Positions 1 to 11,171 of a stretch of 64,000 bases of DNA are shown in pieces. The DNA lies in assembly GCF_009834535.1 (NCBI RefSeq), contig NC_045697.1, positions 17,734,001 to 17,798,000 of the forward strand, written 5' to 3'. Position numbers and translations under genes: made by a program. The DNA is from Camelus ferus. Lineage: Eukaryota. The notes under the pieces are model-generated. The model made no database searches and was not told where the DNA came from. It saw only the letters and a program-made list of their open reading frames with translations. Each line of letters starts with the position of its first letter. Positions within the stretch are counted from its first letter, which is position 1.

Positions 1-833
1 TGCATAAATAATGTGAAGCCCTTTCCTGTGCATTCCTCCAGCGCTGAGTAAACAGCCAACATAACATGTGGTGGGGAGTGGGGTGAGAAGCCCATATGAA
101 CTCAGGGCAAGAAGTCAGGCAGATTTCCAGCACTTGGCCACTTGGGCTGGACGCCCCACATGCCCCAACGCTCAGCCAAGTCCTCCTGCTTCCCTCTTCC
201 AGGCCACATGGGGCGGCATCTCCACTTCCAGAGGCTACATGCCTTTTCCCAGGTTCTCCCCAATCTGCAGTGTGGACAGGTCTGGAGGAGGCCGTGGTAT
301 AAACCACAGCCCCAGACCTCAGGTGGGACAGCGAGGCCTTATTCCTCCCCTGTCTGCAATTACTCCAGTCACGCTCAGCTGCACATATATGCCCCTACAC
401 AACCACCTCCCCCTCCGTACACATCCTTTCAAACTTTAATGCACCCCAGAATCATCTGGGGATGCCACATGCGGGCTCCAAGGCTCCAGTCCAGAGACCC
501 TGCATCATTCAGCACGGGCCCCGGAACCTGCATTGGCACAAGCTCCTCCAGGTGGATTGGATGTAGGTGGCCCGTGGGCCAGACTTTGAGAAACAGTGCC
601 ACAGGGACTGTTCTGGCTTCCCAGACTCCGGGTCTCGGGCTCCCCTCATCCTCCCCAGGGCCCGAGACTCCACCCACGTCCCAAAGCACTCCCCAACCCA
701 AACGCAGAGAAACGGGGCCCGGGAAGTAGGGGTCAGGGTCGCGCCGTCCCAGCTCCAGAGGCAACTCCCAGACGGCGGCGAGCGCAGGGTGGGGCAGCAC
801 GCGGCGGGAGCTGCCGGGGTCCCACTCACTCAC
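1..833 (-). other. LGI2: LGI2 intron 1 (5' part; continues beyond the window's left edge)
   Basis: Follows the exon 1 donor. No sequence encoding the expected exon 2 peptide (SLVNGTF...) is seen in 1-833. Confidence 0.85.
828..833 (-). other. LGI2: 5' splice donor of LGI2 intron 1 (GTGAGT)
   Basis: Minus strand reads ...AGCTCCTT|GTGAGTGAGTGGG. Read-through hits TGA immediately, so splicing here is needed to continue LGI2. Confidence 0.92.
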
Positions 834-1036
834 AAGGAGCTGATGTCGCCCGGCACGATCCTGGGCACCCAGGAAGAGCCCACGCAGATGATAGACTCCT
901 TCGTACAGCTGCAAGTGGCAGGGCAGCGCGCCAGCCGCCTCACCTGCGCGCTCGGCGGGATCAGGCACGCGGCGCCCAGCAGCAGCAGCAGCAGCCCCGG
1001 AGCGCCGCCGCCGCCGCCGCCCCTCCGCAGCGCCAT
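834..1036 (-). CDS. LGI2: LGI2 (leucine-rich repeat LGI family member 2), coding exon 1: signal peptide plus LRR N-terminal cap; partial gene
   Basis: ATG at 1036-1034 in strong Kozak context (GGC ATG G). Translates MALRRGGGGGGAPGLLLLLLGAACLIPPSAQVRRLARCPATCSCTKESIICVGSSWVPRIVPGDISS(L), which matches the known mammalian LGI2 N-terminus (hydrophobic signal peptide, CPxxCxC LRRNT). Ends after 203 nt (phase 2) at a canonical GTGAGT donor. Confidence 0.96.
977..1021 (-). repeat. LGI2: Coding trinucleotide repeats (CTG)6 poly-Leu and (GGC)6 poly-Gly in the LGI2 signal peptide
   Basis: Plus strand (CAG)6 at 977-994 and (GCC)6 at 1004-1021. Confidence 0.95.
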
Positions 1037-3074
1037 GCCGGGTCCCCGGTCCCCGCCCCGGCCGCGACCCCCACCGCCGCCGCCGCGCCGCGCGCTCGGA
1101 CCCTGCGCCGCTGCAGACGCGGGCGCCTCTCGCTGCTCCGCCACCGCCGCCGCTGCTGGCGAGGACTGGGGCGCCGCGGGTGTGGGAGGCCGAGCCGCAG
1201 CCGAGCAGCATGCTGGCCGCCGCCCCCACTCGGCGCCCCCCCACCCGCGCCCGGGCTGCTGGGCGGCCGCCGCCGCTGCGCCCGCCGCACCCGCGCCCGC
1301 CTGACATCAGCACCCGCGCCCGCAGCCCGCTCTGGCCAATGAATAATGCGCGCCCCGCGGGGGAGGGGGCCTCGCGCCGCCCCCGCCGCGCCCCGCCGGC
1401 CCCCGGGGCCTCGGGACCCGCCCGGCCGCCGCCCCCTAGGACCCTCCGGGACCCTCTCCAGGAGCTGCGGACACAGGAAAAAGTTGGGTGACCTTGGGGG
1501 AGGGGCTGGCCTGGACGGGGACTCCCTAGGGACCTGGCCAAGCGGTACGGGATCGGTTGCCTGCAGTCTCTCCACCGGCTCGAAATAATTTGGGGGAACT
1601 GGCTTGATACCAGGAAGGGAGACTTTGTCCTGGGTATTTGGAGAGTACAGAATTTTGAGGAGCTTTTATTAATTTTTAAAAAGAAGTGAGTGCCGTTGAG
1701 GGATGGCTTTGCCTGTCTTCTGCGGTGAGGCTGTGGGGTCGGGCTCCTCTTCCCCGCGCACCCTGGGCTTCCTGAAGCCAGCCACCTTTCCCTCCTGAAG
1801 GCAGGTAGGCAGGAAAAGCTGCTACAGCAGTGCGCACCCCTGCTGCTCTGGGGCCTGCCTGCTGCTTGCTACAGAGCTAAAAAGCCTATGAAATTTCTCT
1901 GTCACCCAGCAGTTCACTTGCACCCCACCCACACCAATTAAAGGACTAAAGGACAGGGGACAATTGTTAATAGAGATTGAGGGTGTGATGTATTCTAGGC
2001 TCTGTATGTTTAATCTTCTAGCCCTTCGAGGCAGGTCCTCCGGAGGCACAGAAAGAATCAGTGACTGGCTGGCGGTCAAGGAGTAGATGGCTGAGCAGAG
2101 ATGGGGACTGGAGCTTGGGGTGGGGATTGGTAACCAGGTGCTACTGAGCCCCTCTTCTCTCCCCACATTTGAGACACAGCTTGAATCTTACCACAAGGTA
2201 ATGTGAACTGGAGAAATCAAAGAAAACGGCCAGAACAGAATCAAAATGGCTAAAAGCCAGGACCGCTCAGACTGGGGACTCAAAGACACCATCATCAGGC
2301 TACTAACCAAGGAAGACCATTTCCATATTAAGATAGACCCAGAAAAGCAGTACCCACCGCAAAAGGTTTTTACTATAGGAATTACCAATACTGCGGCTTC
2401 TTCAGCAATTATTTTGTGCACACCTGGCTAGCCACTGTGGGAGGTGGACAAAGGGACAGGCTGTATCCTCAGGGAGCTTGAAATCTAGCTGGGCAGATAG
2501 CACTGAAGAAGTAACTCCACATGGCTATGTGGGGGTCACAGGCGGACCAAAAGGGGCTCAGGAATTGAAAGTCAGTTTGTTGCAAGTAACTTCATGGAGG
2601 GAGCTGTCTTTCATTACAGGTCACCATTCAGCCAGCACTTAGCATCATTGGGAAACAGTCTACATTTATCATCACTTAATTCCCATCTGCCCTGAGAAAT
2701 AGGTCTTCCAATTTTGTACATGGGAAAATTGGGCTCAGAGATGTTTTTCTCTTACCCAAGGTCACACAGGACACAGCCAGGAGAATCCTACTTAAGAGGA
2801 ATAGGATTCTATGCATAGCCCTCACTGCTGTGCTAACACACATTCCCCAAATGCCTTACTCAGCAAGGCCCCATGCTGGGGAAGAGGGCAAAGACCATGG
2901 TCTGGAGAGGGCGACAGGCACGTGGACCCACAATCATGAGTATGTGTCCTGCGCGCCTGAGAGATGTCTGCCTTCAGAGAGATTGGCTACTGCTTTATAG
3001 AGAGGAGAGGGTGAGGCTCCTCTGATTGAGTGCCTTCTCGTTCTCAGCTGTGTGGTAGTGGAGCGAGGAGGAAG

Positions 3075-3250
3075 GTAAACCCTCTGTCCTCAGAGCTAGA
3101 CAGGTGTGGGTTTGCAGCCCAGCCAGTCACTTACTAACTGTAATTGTGGGCAAGTTATGACCTCTCAATGCCTCAGTTTCCTCCCCTGTAAAATGGGAGA
3201 TAGTTGTGTGCACCTTCGGGATTGAATGTTGTTAAGTCTGTAAAGTCCCC
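3075..3250 (+). mobile_element. MIR SINE fragment (representative; further MIR pieces near 11.9-12.1k, 17.8-17.9k, 25.8-26.0k, 33.9-34.1k, 35.0-35.1k, 42.0-42.2k, 44.0k, 45.5k, 47.8-48.0k, 60.0k, 62.3-62.5k)
   Basis: MIR core-like text: gggcaagttatgacctctcaatgcctcagtttcctcccctgtaaaatggg. Confidence 0.8.
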
Positions 3251-3438
3251 AATGCCACCCAGGAGGTACTAGGTATTTGTTCAGAGGTTTGTGTAATATT
3301 GTGGGCGGGGCAATTCTCAGGTAAACCCTGGGATAGGAGGAAATAGGGAGGGGGTTGGGGATGAGAGGCTGTGAAAGGAGAAGAATCTTCCTAACCTTTG
3401 TTCCTACCTTTTATTCAGGGACAAGGGCAGTCTAGCAC

Positions 3439-3615
3439 GATGGTTCTCAATCAGGGGTGACACTTGGCAATGTAGTTTGGCTTATCACAGTGGGGTGGGT
3501 GTTACTGGCATGTAATGGGTAGAGGCCAGGGATGCTGTTAAACATCCTACAATGCACAACAAAGCATGATCCAGCCCAAAATACCACTGGTGCTGAGGTG
3601 GAGAGATCCCCATCC
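3439..3615. mobile_element. MER20-like hAT-Charlie MITE
   Basis: tggttctcaatcagggg ... gggtagaggccagggatgctgttaaacatcctacaatgcaca ... gctgaggtggaga, recognised as MER20 consensus motifs. Confidence 0.8.
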
Positions 3616-4244
3616 AGTACCCTAGAAAGACCCTTGGTGTGAGGAATTCCAGAGATGCAGATTCGAGGCCTGGCTTCACCGCTCATAAGCAAACCTTCTT
3701 GATCATGTCACTCTCATCTCCAGCCTCTATTTTCTCATCTAGAAAATGGGCACAATGAGACCTTCCTCTTTCTCCCCTAAATAAAGGAGACATATAGTCA
3801 TTATTCCTATCCTTACCCTCCCCAAGCTAGGTCTAACTCCAGCCCATTCCCTCCAACCTGAAAAACTAGAAAGTTCCTGATAGGAAGGGTGCAGAGAGAA
3901 GACTTGGGTAGCATAGCTGGCAGGGTTGGTATTTGTTTCGGCTCTGTTAGAGACACTAAGTGAATGCTTGTAAATTATAAGGTGCAGTTTATAAATAAAG
4001 ATATAAAAATGGAAATGCAGATGACTTTGGTTTGATTCCAAGATCTTCAGTAGTTTAAAAAAAAACTTCATAGACAATCGGAGAGACACAATCTGTTTCC
4101 AGGAAATAGCAAGAGTTTTTTGAAATGTAAAAATCCTTGTTCAGCTGTCCACTTACTCAAGCTGCATCCCCGTGTCAGGGCACACATTCCTATGGGGATG
4201 AAATGGCACAGGCTGGAGTGGCGTGTGGAGGCAACTCAAAGCAT

Positions 4245-4540
4245 TGCTCATTCATTCACCTCTCATTCAATCACCTGTGATTCAGTCAATATTGATTGAG
4301 AGCCTACTAGGTGCTAAGTTGGACAGATGTCAGCATCAAGTGGAGGAAATGTCAAGATGCTTCCTCCCAGGTTTTAGCTGGAGCCAGTGGGTAGATGGAG
4401 GCACCGTGTCTTGAGATGAGAAAGCCTAGAAGAGGAGAGGGTTTGGCTGGGAGAGAGATATCAAGGGTTTGATATTGGAGATGTTGACTCTGAAATGTCC
4501 ATGAGCCACCCATGTGCTGATGCCAGGTTGGCAGCTAGAT
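4245..4540 (-). mobile_element. L2 LINE fragments
   Basis: cattcattca/ttgagagcctactagg tail and ccaggttttagctggagccagtgggtagatggaggc, typical of antisense L2. Confidence 0.65.
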
Positions 4541-5539
4541 GACCAGTGGGGATGGGAAGGAGGAACTGTGGGACGTTGGATGGGAAAACTTCAGACCCTG
4601 CATGAAACCTTGATTCTCCCTGAGTAAGCCTTCAATATAATGTTGGTTGATTGAATGAATGAGGGAATGAATGAATGATATTTTGTACATACAGACATTA
4701 AAGAGAAAATAGCTATCAGGTGCAATCAGAAAACAGGAAAACAGAAATCTTAGAGAAGAGTGTGGATCTAAGAATACTGCAGTTTGGTGTTCTATTTTTA
4801 AACCAAACATAATCTTCAAGTTCTAAAGCAAACTGTAAATCTTGTAAGACTCTCAAGGACCTCATCATGCTTCTAACCCCCTCCCCCGTTTTCCAGCTAA
4901 CCTCCACCATGACACTGCCCCTACCCACATCTTGCCAGCAGTGTTCTCGCCAGAACTATAAGCTTTGGAAAGCCTTGACTAACATCTGACTCTGGCTCTG
5001 ATGCTTACTGTAACAACCAAAGAAAAATTATTCATCCAAACCTCAAAGGCACTTGGTTTGAATGGCTACAAATTGGATTCTCTGCAGGGTGGGGAGTGAA
5101 ACCAAAACAGTCTTTTTTTTTTTTCTTCCTAATCGAGTTTTCTTATCCTCTTTGACCACATCACCCTAATATGCCACTCTTGTGGTTGGCTGCTGGTCAA
5201 ATGTAGATGCCATTATGGCTTCTCATCATTTCCTTTCTGCATAAACTCAGTGGGTGTCACAAGTCTGGAATTCATTCTGAATCTGCCCAATATTGGCCTC
5301 TTGAATTTGATTTGTGTTCTTGAAGAGCTGCCTGTGGATATTTCATGTGGTTTCCTAAATCAGCTGAAAGGCCCTCAAGACGCTGGCCATGGTATCTGGT
5401 GATCTTTGCCACCTCCTCCCCACCACCAGTGTAATGGACAGCTGTGGGATATTTGTTACTCAGCATCAGCCACCCCTTCTGATGACATTGAGACATAATT
5501 TTGCTTTGGAGGGAATGATTTGTTCTTAGTGTTAAATCT

Positions 5540-5950
5540 ATGTGGGGCCCCTTCCATTTCCTAGTGCATGTGGCATCTAGACTAGAGCATTTCAGAACAT
5601 CCCATTCTCCCAGCCACAGTGACTGGTTTCATGATGAATATATCATCCAAGTGGAACAATCAGGGCTAACAGAACTGCTTGACAGGACTTATGCTTTAAA
5701 TTTGAGGAAGCAGTCTCACTTTTCCACTGGCCAAGGAGTTGTGGTGATGTGAGCCTGAGAACCCATCTAGGGCCCTGAGAAGTTTAACTCCTCCCCCACA
5801 AGAGAGGATCTTGATGGCATTGTTTGGACCTCAGATCAAGTCACCCATTAAACTCTTCAGTTTTGTGAGACAATAAATTCCCTTTTTTGCCTAACTAGCC
5901 AGAATATGAGTTTTGGTTTATTGTAACCAAAGGAATCCTAACTAATCCAT
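5540..5950 (+). mobile_element. MaLR LTR (old MLT1 subfamily), degraded
   Basis: ccacagtgactggtttcatgatg ... cagttttgtgagacaataaattccctttt ... gtaaccaaaggaatcctaactaat. Confidence 0.6.
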
Positions 5951-6351
5951 TCAGACATCAGAGGTCATACCCAGCAACTTCAAGATGAAACTGAGAATCA
6001 GCTAAAACTCAGTTAGTGTCCCCAACTTTGCCTCTCAATGCCAGTTTCCCTCTTTCCCCAATTTTGTGATGTCTTTTCCCTCCCCTTTGTCAGGGAAATT
6101 TTGAAATTCTATACTTTTTTGGGTCATTTTTCTTCTTCTCTTAATTAATACTGCCAGAATTTTATCTATTTTTATTAATTTTCTCAAGAAACCAAGTTAT
6201 GCCTTTGTTGATTTTTTTCTGTTTGATCTTTGTTTCTTATTTCACTACTGTATGTTCATCTTTATTATCTATTTTCTACTAATTATTCTGAAATTTTGCA
6301 CTTAAAAAAATGTTAATCAGAGGGATGTTAATTTACACTTTAAGAGTCACC

Positions 6352-6891
6352 TGTGATGGGTAATTTTCTGTGTCAACCTGACTGGGCCACGGGATGCCCA
6401 GAGAGCTGGTAAAATGTGATTTCTGGGTGTGTCTGCGAGGGTGTTTCAGGAAAAGGTTAGCTTTTGAATTGGTAGACCAGGGGAAGAAGATTACCCTCAC
6501 CAGCCTCACCAGTGCATGTGGGTGGGCATCATCCAATCTGTTGAGGGCCTGACAAAACAAAAATGTAGATCAAGGGTGAATTTGCCATCTCTGCTTGAGC
6601 TAAGGCATCTGTCTTCTCCTGCTGTCAGACACTGGTCCTTCTGTTTTTCAGGGTTTTGGATTCAAACCAGGACTTAACACCATTGCCCTGGTGCCCTAGC
6701 CACCCACCCCCACCCCAGTTCTCAGGCCTTTGGACTGAAGTACGCTATCAGTTTTCCTGGGTCTCCAGTTCACAAACAGCAGATCATGGGACTTCTTGGT
6801 CTCCATCACTGCTCCAGCCAATCCCTATAATAAATCTTCTCATATGTGTATCTCATTGGCTCTGTTTTTCTGGGGAACCCTGACAAATACA
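6352..6891 (+). mobile_element. ERVL solo LTR, MLT2 family
   Basis: Starts TGTGATGG..tgtgtcaacctgactgggccacgggatgccca and ends gaaccctgacaaataCA. Internal AATAAA; near-matching 5-bp flanks tcacc/tcact. Confidence 0.85.
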
Positions 6892-9337
6892 TCACTTTGT
6901 TTATACTGATATCAGAATGCCTTTAGCTATTTTCCTAGGTCTTGGAGAATGTGTCTGCTCTTTTGGTTGGGTTGAGTTGGCTAGAAGTACATCTGTGAGT
7001 CCCAGACACTGGGTCTATGAGTGAAGTCAGTCTTCTAAGACAAGGGCACTTGACTTTCATGGTCTCAAATTTATAAGTCAATATAATAATTTTATGGGAA
7101 ATCTCTTCACTCTTCTTAACAAACAGACTTAGAAATTCTACTTTAGGAAAGCAAGTTACCAAATGAGTACAGGTTTAACTTAAATTTATACTATTGGATC
7201 TTTAAATGTCCTCTAAGCTCTTCTCTAATCCATAAACCATGGCTCTTCAGTCCTTTGCATTTTCAAAGGTCATAAGACCTCTCCCAATCGCAGGTTCCTT
7301 GCTATTGAAGCCTGTGGCCTCTGGTCTCAACTTACTTTTAAACAAGACTAAATTAAAGACTTTTGGAGCTTTTAATTTTTTTCATTCTATGACATCTGAG
7401 TTATTCTGTGATCTTATGCCTTCTGTTCAACCCATCCCAACCCACATCAAAATATATTATGAGGAAAGTATCTGAAATACATTTGTATTAATCCCAGTGG
7501 CTGTCAATTCACTGGCTAGCCCTTCCCAGGGTTGTTTGTGTTTGAACATAGCTCTCAGGAGTAAACTCGACACCAAGGGAAGAATCTCAGACAGACCCCC
7601 TGAAACCAGAAGACAGACTAAGACTGCTACTACTACCTACAGACCTGGCTATGGGTCTCCCCTCTTCAACCCCCCCTTGTCTTATAGGAAGAGTTGCTCT
7701 GAAGACAAGGATCTGGAATTTGTCTTCAGAGTCTTCCCTCATGCTTCCCTTTCTGAACTCTTTAGAGACGGATATCAAGGAACACAGGGGCACTGGGAGC
7801 TTCATGGAATGGTGTTGTCAGAGGGCCTGATAGGAATCCCAGATTCACCATTTATTACCAGAGAAACTTTAGCAGGTCTCATCTTCAAAGGGCCTTAATC
7901 TCCTCTTCAGTAGATGGGGAGAGGATAGTGCCCGTCACCCTAGGTTGCTTGAAGGATGGAATCCATTGAAGAATACGAAGATTCTTTACAAGCAGTACAA
8001 GCTAGTTAATTACATGGTTAGCTAGTTGGTCTTTAGCTGTTCATTGAGAGCCACAAATCACTGTAGAAATAGATATGGATATGGATTGAATAAAGATAGA
8101 GGTATGGATAGATATAGATTAAGATACAAATATATTCTCTTTGGGGAGCTTAGAATGTACCCAAGGAAATAAGACTTCTCTTTGTCAAAATAGCCTGCTA
8201 GTACTTAAAAGTGTCTTCATTCTTTCCCATCAATTTCTATCCGCAGCCCAAAAGACAAAATCTCTGCATTATCCGAAAGCCAGGAAGATTAGCTTAATTA
8301 ACCAACAAATATTTATTGAGCAACTCTTCTAGGCCATAGACTGTGCTAGACTCTGGGAATACCGTGGTGGACAAGCGGATGTGATCCAGCTGTGGATTCC
8401 CTGCCCTCAGCTGGCCCTGTGCATGCAGTAAATTCAGGAGGACATCCTGTGTGCTTGGGTTAGCAGCCACCAGGTAACTGGGCGGCATCTCAGGAGCCTG
8501 GCCAGAGGGCGAGATGGTGGTGGGTTCAGCACACAGGCCCCCCCCCCCACATACACACTCACACACACACTCTTCTTACGTTGGGGTAAGACCACAGCAA
8601 GACTAGACCCGCCACTGCACTGAGATAAATTTTCATTCCTTAAACAAAGCTCATGACTCTTCGTTCTCAATCATTAGGATGACATTGGGTCTTGGAATTT
8701 ATGTGGCTCCTGAAGACTGCTAATTTGGTAGGAGAGTGATTGAGCTATCATTTAAGGAAAGGCAAGGAGGTGTGTCCACTGGCCCAAATGCTAACCCACA
8801 GGAGCAGTCATTTCAGGAAGAGGGCAGTTATAAATCCTGAGTTTGTCCTCGGCAGGCCGTCTTAGCTCGTGTCAGATAAAGGCTTATCCTTTGTTGAAAA
8901 AAAGTTCCAGAAGTGTTTCTATCTCAGGCATCCCTGTGCAGGGATACTTACCTTCCACAGCAGGAAAAGTCGAGTACCTCTTAAGGGTGCGATGATAGGA
9001 TCTGACAGCCATACAGCAGTTTTGCAGCTTACAAAGCCCCTTAACCCCCATTATCTCAGTTGCAGCCTCACAGTAACCTTGGAACAGAAGGAGTTTTCAG
9101 AGGAAGAAACTGAGGTGTGGATAGGTTACATGTCCTGACCAAGGTAAGGCAGCCAATGTCAGAGTGTCCAAGAGTGCAGTGGGCCGAGCTGTCCTATTCC
9201 ATCATAATCCTGCTGGAGGGTACTGGAAGGTGGGGGGCAAAAATGTCAATGCTTTTCACAAGATTCTAGAAAGCAGAAGCCCTGACATTCCTTCCTTTAT
9301 CTTGCTCCAAGTTATTTGAAAATATGTTGGTTTTTAC

Positions 9338-9797
9338 CCCCTTCTGCATTGTTGATGGGAATATAAACTGGTGCAGCCGTTATGGAAAACGATATGGAGG
9401 TTCTTCAAAAACTTAAAATAGAACTACCATATGATCCCATTATTGGGTATATAGAAGAAAGAAAGAAAGAAAGGAAGAAAGAAAGAAGAAAAGAAAGAAG
9501 AAAAGAAGGAAAGAAAGAAGAAAGAAGAAAGAAAGAAAGAACGAAAGAAAGAAAGCAAGAAAGAAAGAAAGAAAGAAAGAAAAGAAAAGAAAGGAAGAAA
9601 GAGAAAGAAAGAAAGGAAAAGAAGGAAGGAAGGAAGGAAGGAAGGGAAGGAAGGATGGGAAGGAAGGATGGGAAGGAAGGATGGGAAGGAAGGAAGGAAG
9701 GGAGAAATAAATCAGGACTTTGAAGAGATACATGCCATCCCATATTCACTGCAGCATTATTCATAATAGCCAAGACTTGGAAACCACCTAAGTGTCA
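9338..9797 (+). mobile_element. L1 fragment (3' end of ORF2) interrupted by a polypurine microsatellite
   Basis: tgttgatgggaatataaactggtgcagccgttatggaaaac...aaaatagaactaccatatgatccc (KLKIELPYDP), resuming with ttcactgcagcattattcataatagccaagacttggaaaccacctaagtgtc. Confidence 0.88.
9454..9707 (+). repeat. Compound (GAAA)n/(GGAA)n polypurine microsatellite
   Basis: About 250 bp of almost pure purine, including (GGAAGGAAGGATG)x3 at 9645-9683. Confidence 0.97.
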
Positions 9798-10680
9798 TAT
9801 CTCTGTGTTGGACTATTGTCCAAAAGCAATGTTAGGTATGACCATTCCTCAAGTCATCAGGGGATGATCGAGACAATTTTCAGGCTTATGTGACCTTCAA
9901 GATGAACGTGTCCAAGTATCTCAGGAGGCGCTAGCTGAGTGTGAAAGAGTGAGTGGCAGAATGAAGGCCGTCTACGAATTTCCCCTTGCTGCACACGAAG
10001 CCTGACTTGAGGCAAGAATCCCCAGGAGCTAGGAGAGAGTTGCTGAAGGGTGACAAGGGCAGAAAGAGGAGAAGGCATAGTCACCCTTGCAGATCACAAA
10101 TAATCCTGGAGCCTCCAGACCAAAAAAAGAGCCGGCTGGAAAAAACGGCCCCCAGCCACGCTCCACACCCGTCTCCATCCCAGGACAAGCTGAGGCAGTT
10201 CTGTGGGGTATACAGCGCAGACAGCACTATTTATTTTTATCTTTTATCCTCTGAGAGGAATAATAGAATTCATCAATAATGTCTTGTTTTTAGACTCATT
10301 TGGGAAATCAGAAAATTTGCCATGAGAACAGCATTCTCTCTGATCAATTTCACTACAATATTTTGGGCAATGTAATTATAGTTGGATTTCCCCATGGAAG
10401 CCAAAGGACCATCGGTGTCCTTTGTGGTATATGGACAGACCCTTGGAAAAGGCTTCTCGTGGCCAGAGTCTGGCCAAAATTGGTGCTGTCTGATCAACTC
10501 AATGTTCTGGATTTCCCCACCTGCCATAAATGTGTGTCACTCCTGGAAAATGAGGTCAGTCTTTCTTCTGGCTCTTTCTAGGCTCTGTTGGGACACTGGT
10601 CCACAATGGTGAGCTATTTGGGATTTGGGGAAAACAGAGGCTGAATTGGAGTTGAAATTGCAAAAGGCCTTCTTAGGGAG

Positions 10681-10834
10681 CGGGGAGAGGGTGTAAGTCA
10701 ATGGTAGGGTGCATGCCTAGCGTGCATGAAGTCCTGGGTTCAATCCTCAGTACCTCAAGTAGAAAAAAAGTAACTTAAAAAAATTAATAAACTTAATTAC
10801 CTCCCTCCCAACCACCTCTCCCCCCAAAAGAAAC
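10681..10834 (+). mobile_element. Camelid tRNA-derived SINE (Vic-1 type)
   Basis: ggggagagggtgtaagtcaatggtagggtgcatgcctagcgtgcatgaagtcctgggttcaatcctcagtacctc (A/B boxes) plus A-rich tail. Diverged TSD-like flanks at 10664-10680 and 10835-10851 (13/17). Confidence 0.85.
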
Positions 10835-11171
10835 AAAGCTTTTTTAGAGAGGAACACCTGTAAAAGAAAACAGGGAGAAGCAGATCGGGCAGGGGAGCCA
10901 TCAGGTTGCAATGCAGACCCCACCAGGGTCGGCCAGCCCTGCTGCCTGGGGCCCAAAAACCTTCGGAAGTGGCCAGCCCTTATACCACTGCCTTGCTCAG
11001 ACCCAGGCCGGGTTTCCCTGGGAGAAGAGTGACCTCGGCTGCAATTTGGAGAGGACCTGGAAGGAGCTGGCGGCTGGAGACTGTCAGCTAAGCGCACTCC
11101 TGGCCGCTGGGGAGCCACCTTTCACGAAGAGACATCTGAGCCGTGATTCTCCAGGTCTGCTGTAAAGGTGC

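Larger units (their letters stand above)
730..1600. promoter_or_regulatory. LGI2: CpG island: LGI2 promoter, 5' UTR and first exon
   Basis: Very high GC and CpG density compared with the CpG-depleted flanks. CCAAT at 1336-1340, GC boxes CCCCGCC at 1381-1387 and 1391-1397, no TATA box. The TSS is not observable; it is inferred to lie around 1250-1320. Confidence 0.88.

Noticed and set aside
506..525. REST/RE1-like TTCAGCAC (also at 46337)
   Set aside because: Only the left half-site is present; there is no GGACAG right half at canonical spacing.
830..1144. 104-aa ORF-track call with N-terminal extension MAEQREAP...
   Set aside because: It starts at a GTG; the true LGI2 start is the ATG at 1036, and the apparent stop is intronic.
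567..1342. Long plus-strand ORFs (245 aa and 248 aa) antisense to LGI2 exon 1
   Set aside because: Low-complexity Pro/Ala/Arg translations are expected from a stop-poor CpG island; no recognisable domain.
429..1541. 370-aa minus-strand ORF as an independent gene
   Set aside because: It has a non-ATG start, runs through the LGI2 donor into the intron and reflects GC bias. Only its internal ATGs are kept, as a uORF hypothesis.
2188..2431. Protein-looking 61-aa ORF MAKSQDRSDWGLKDTIIRLL... about 1 kb upstream of the promoter
   Set aside because: No family recognised and no splice or poly-A/TSD evidence; it would need tBLASTn or Ribo-seq support.
9382..9773. Lys/Glu/Arg-rich and Phe/Leu/Ser-rich ORFs
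   Set aside because: These are translations of the GAAA/GGAA microsatellite and the flanking L1.
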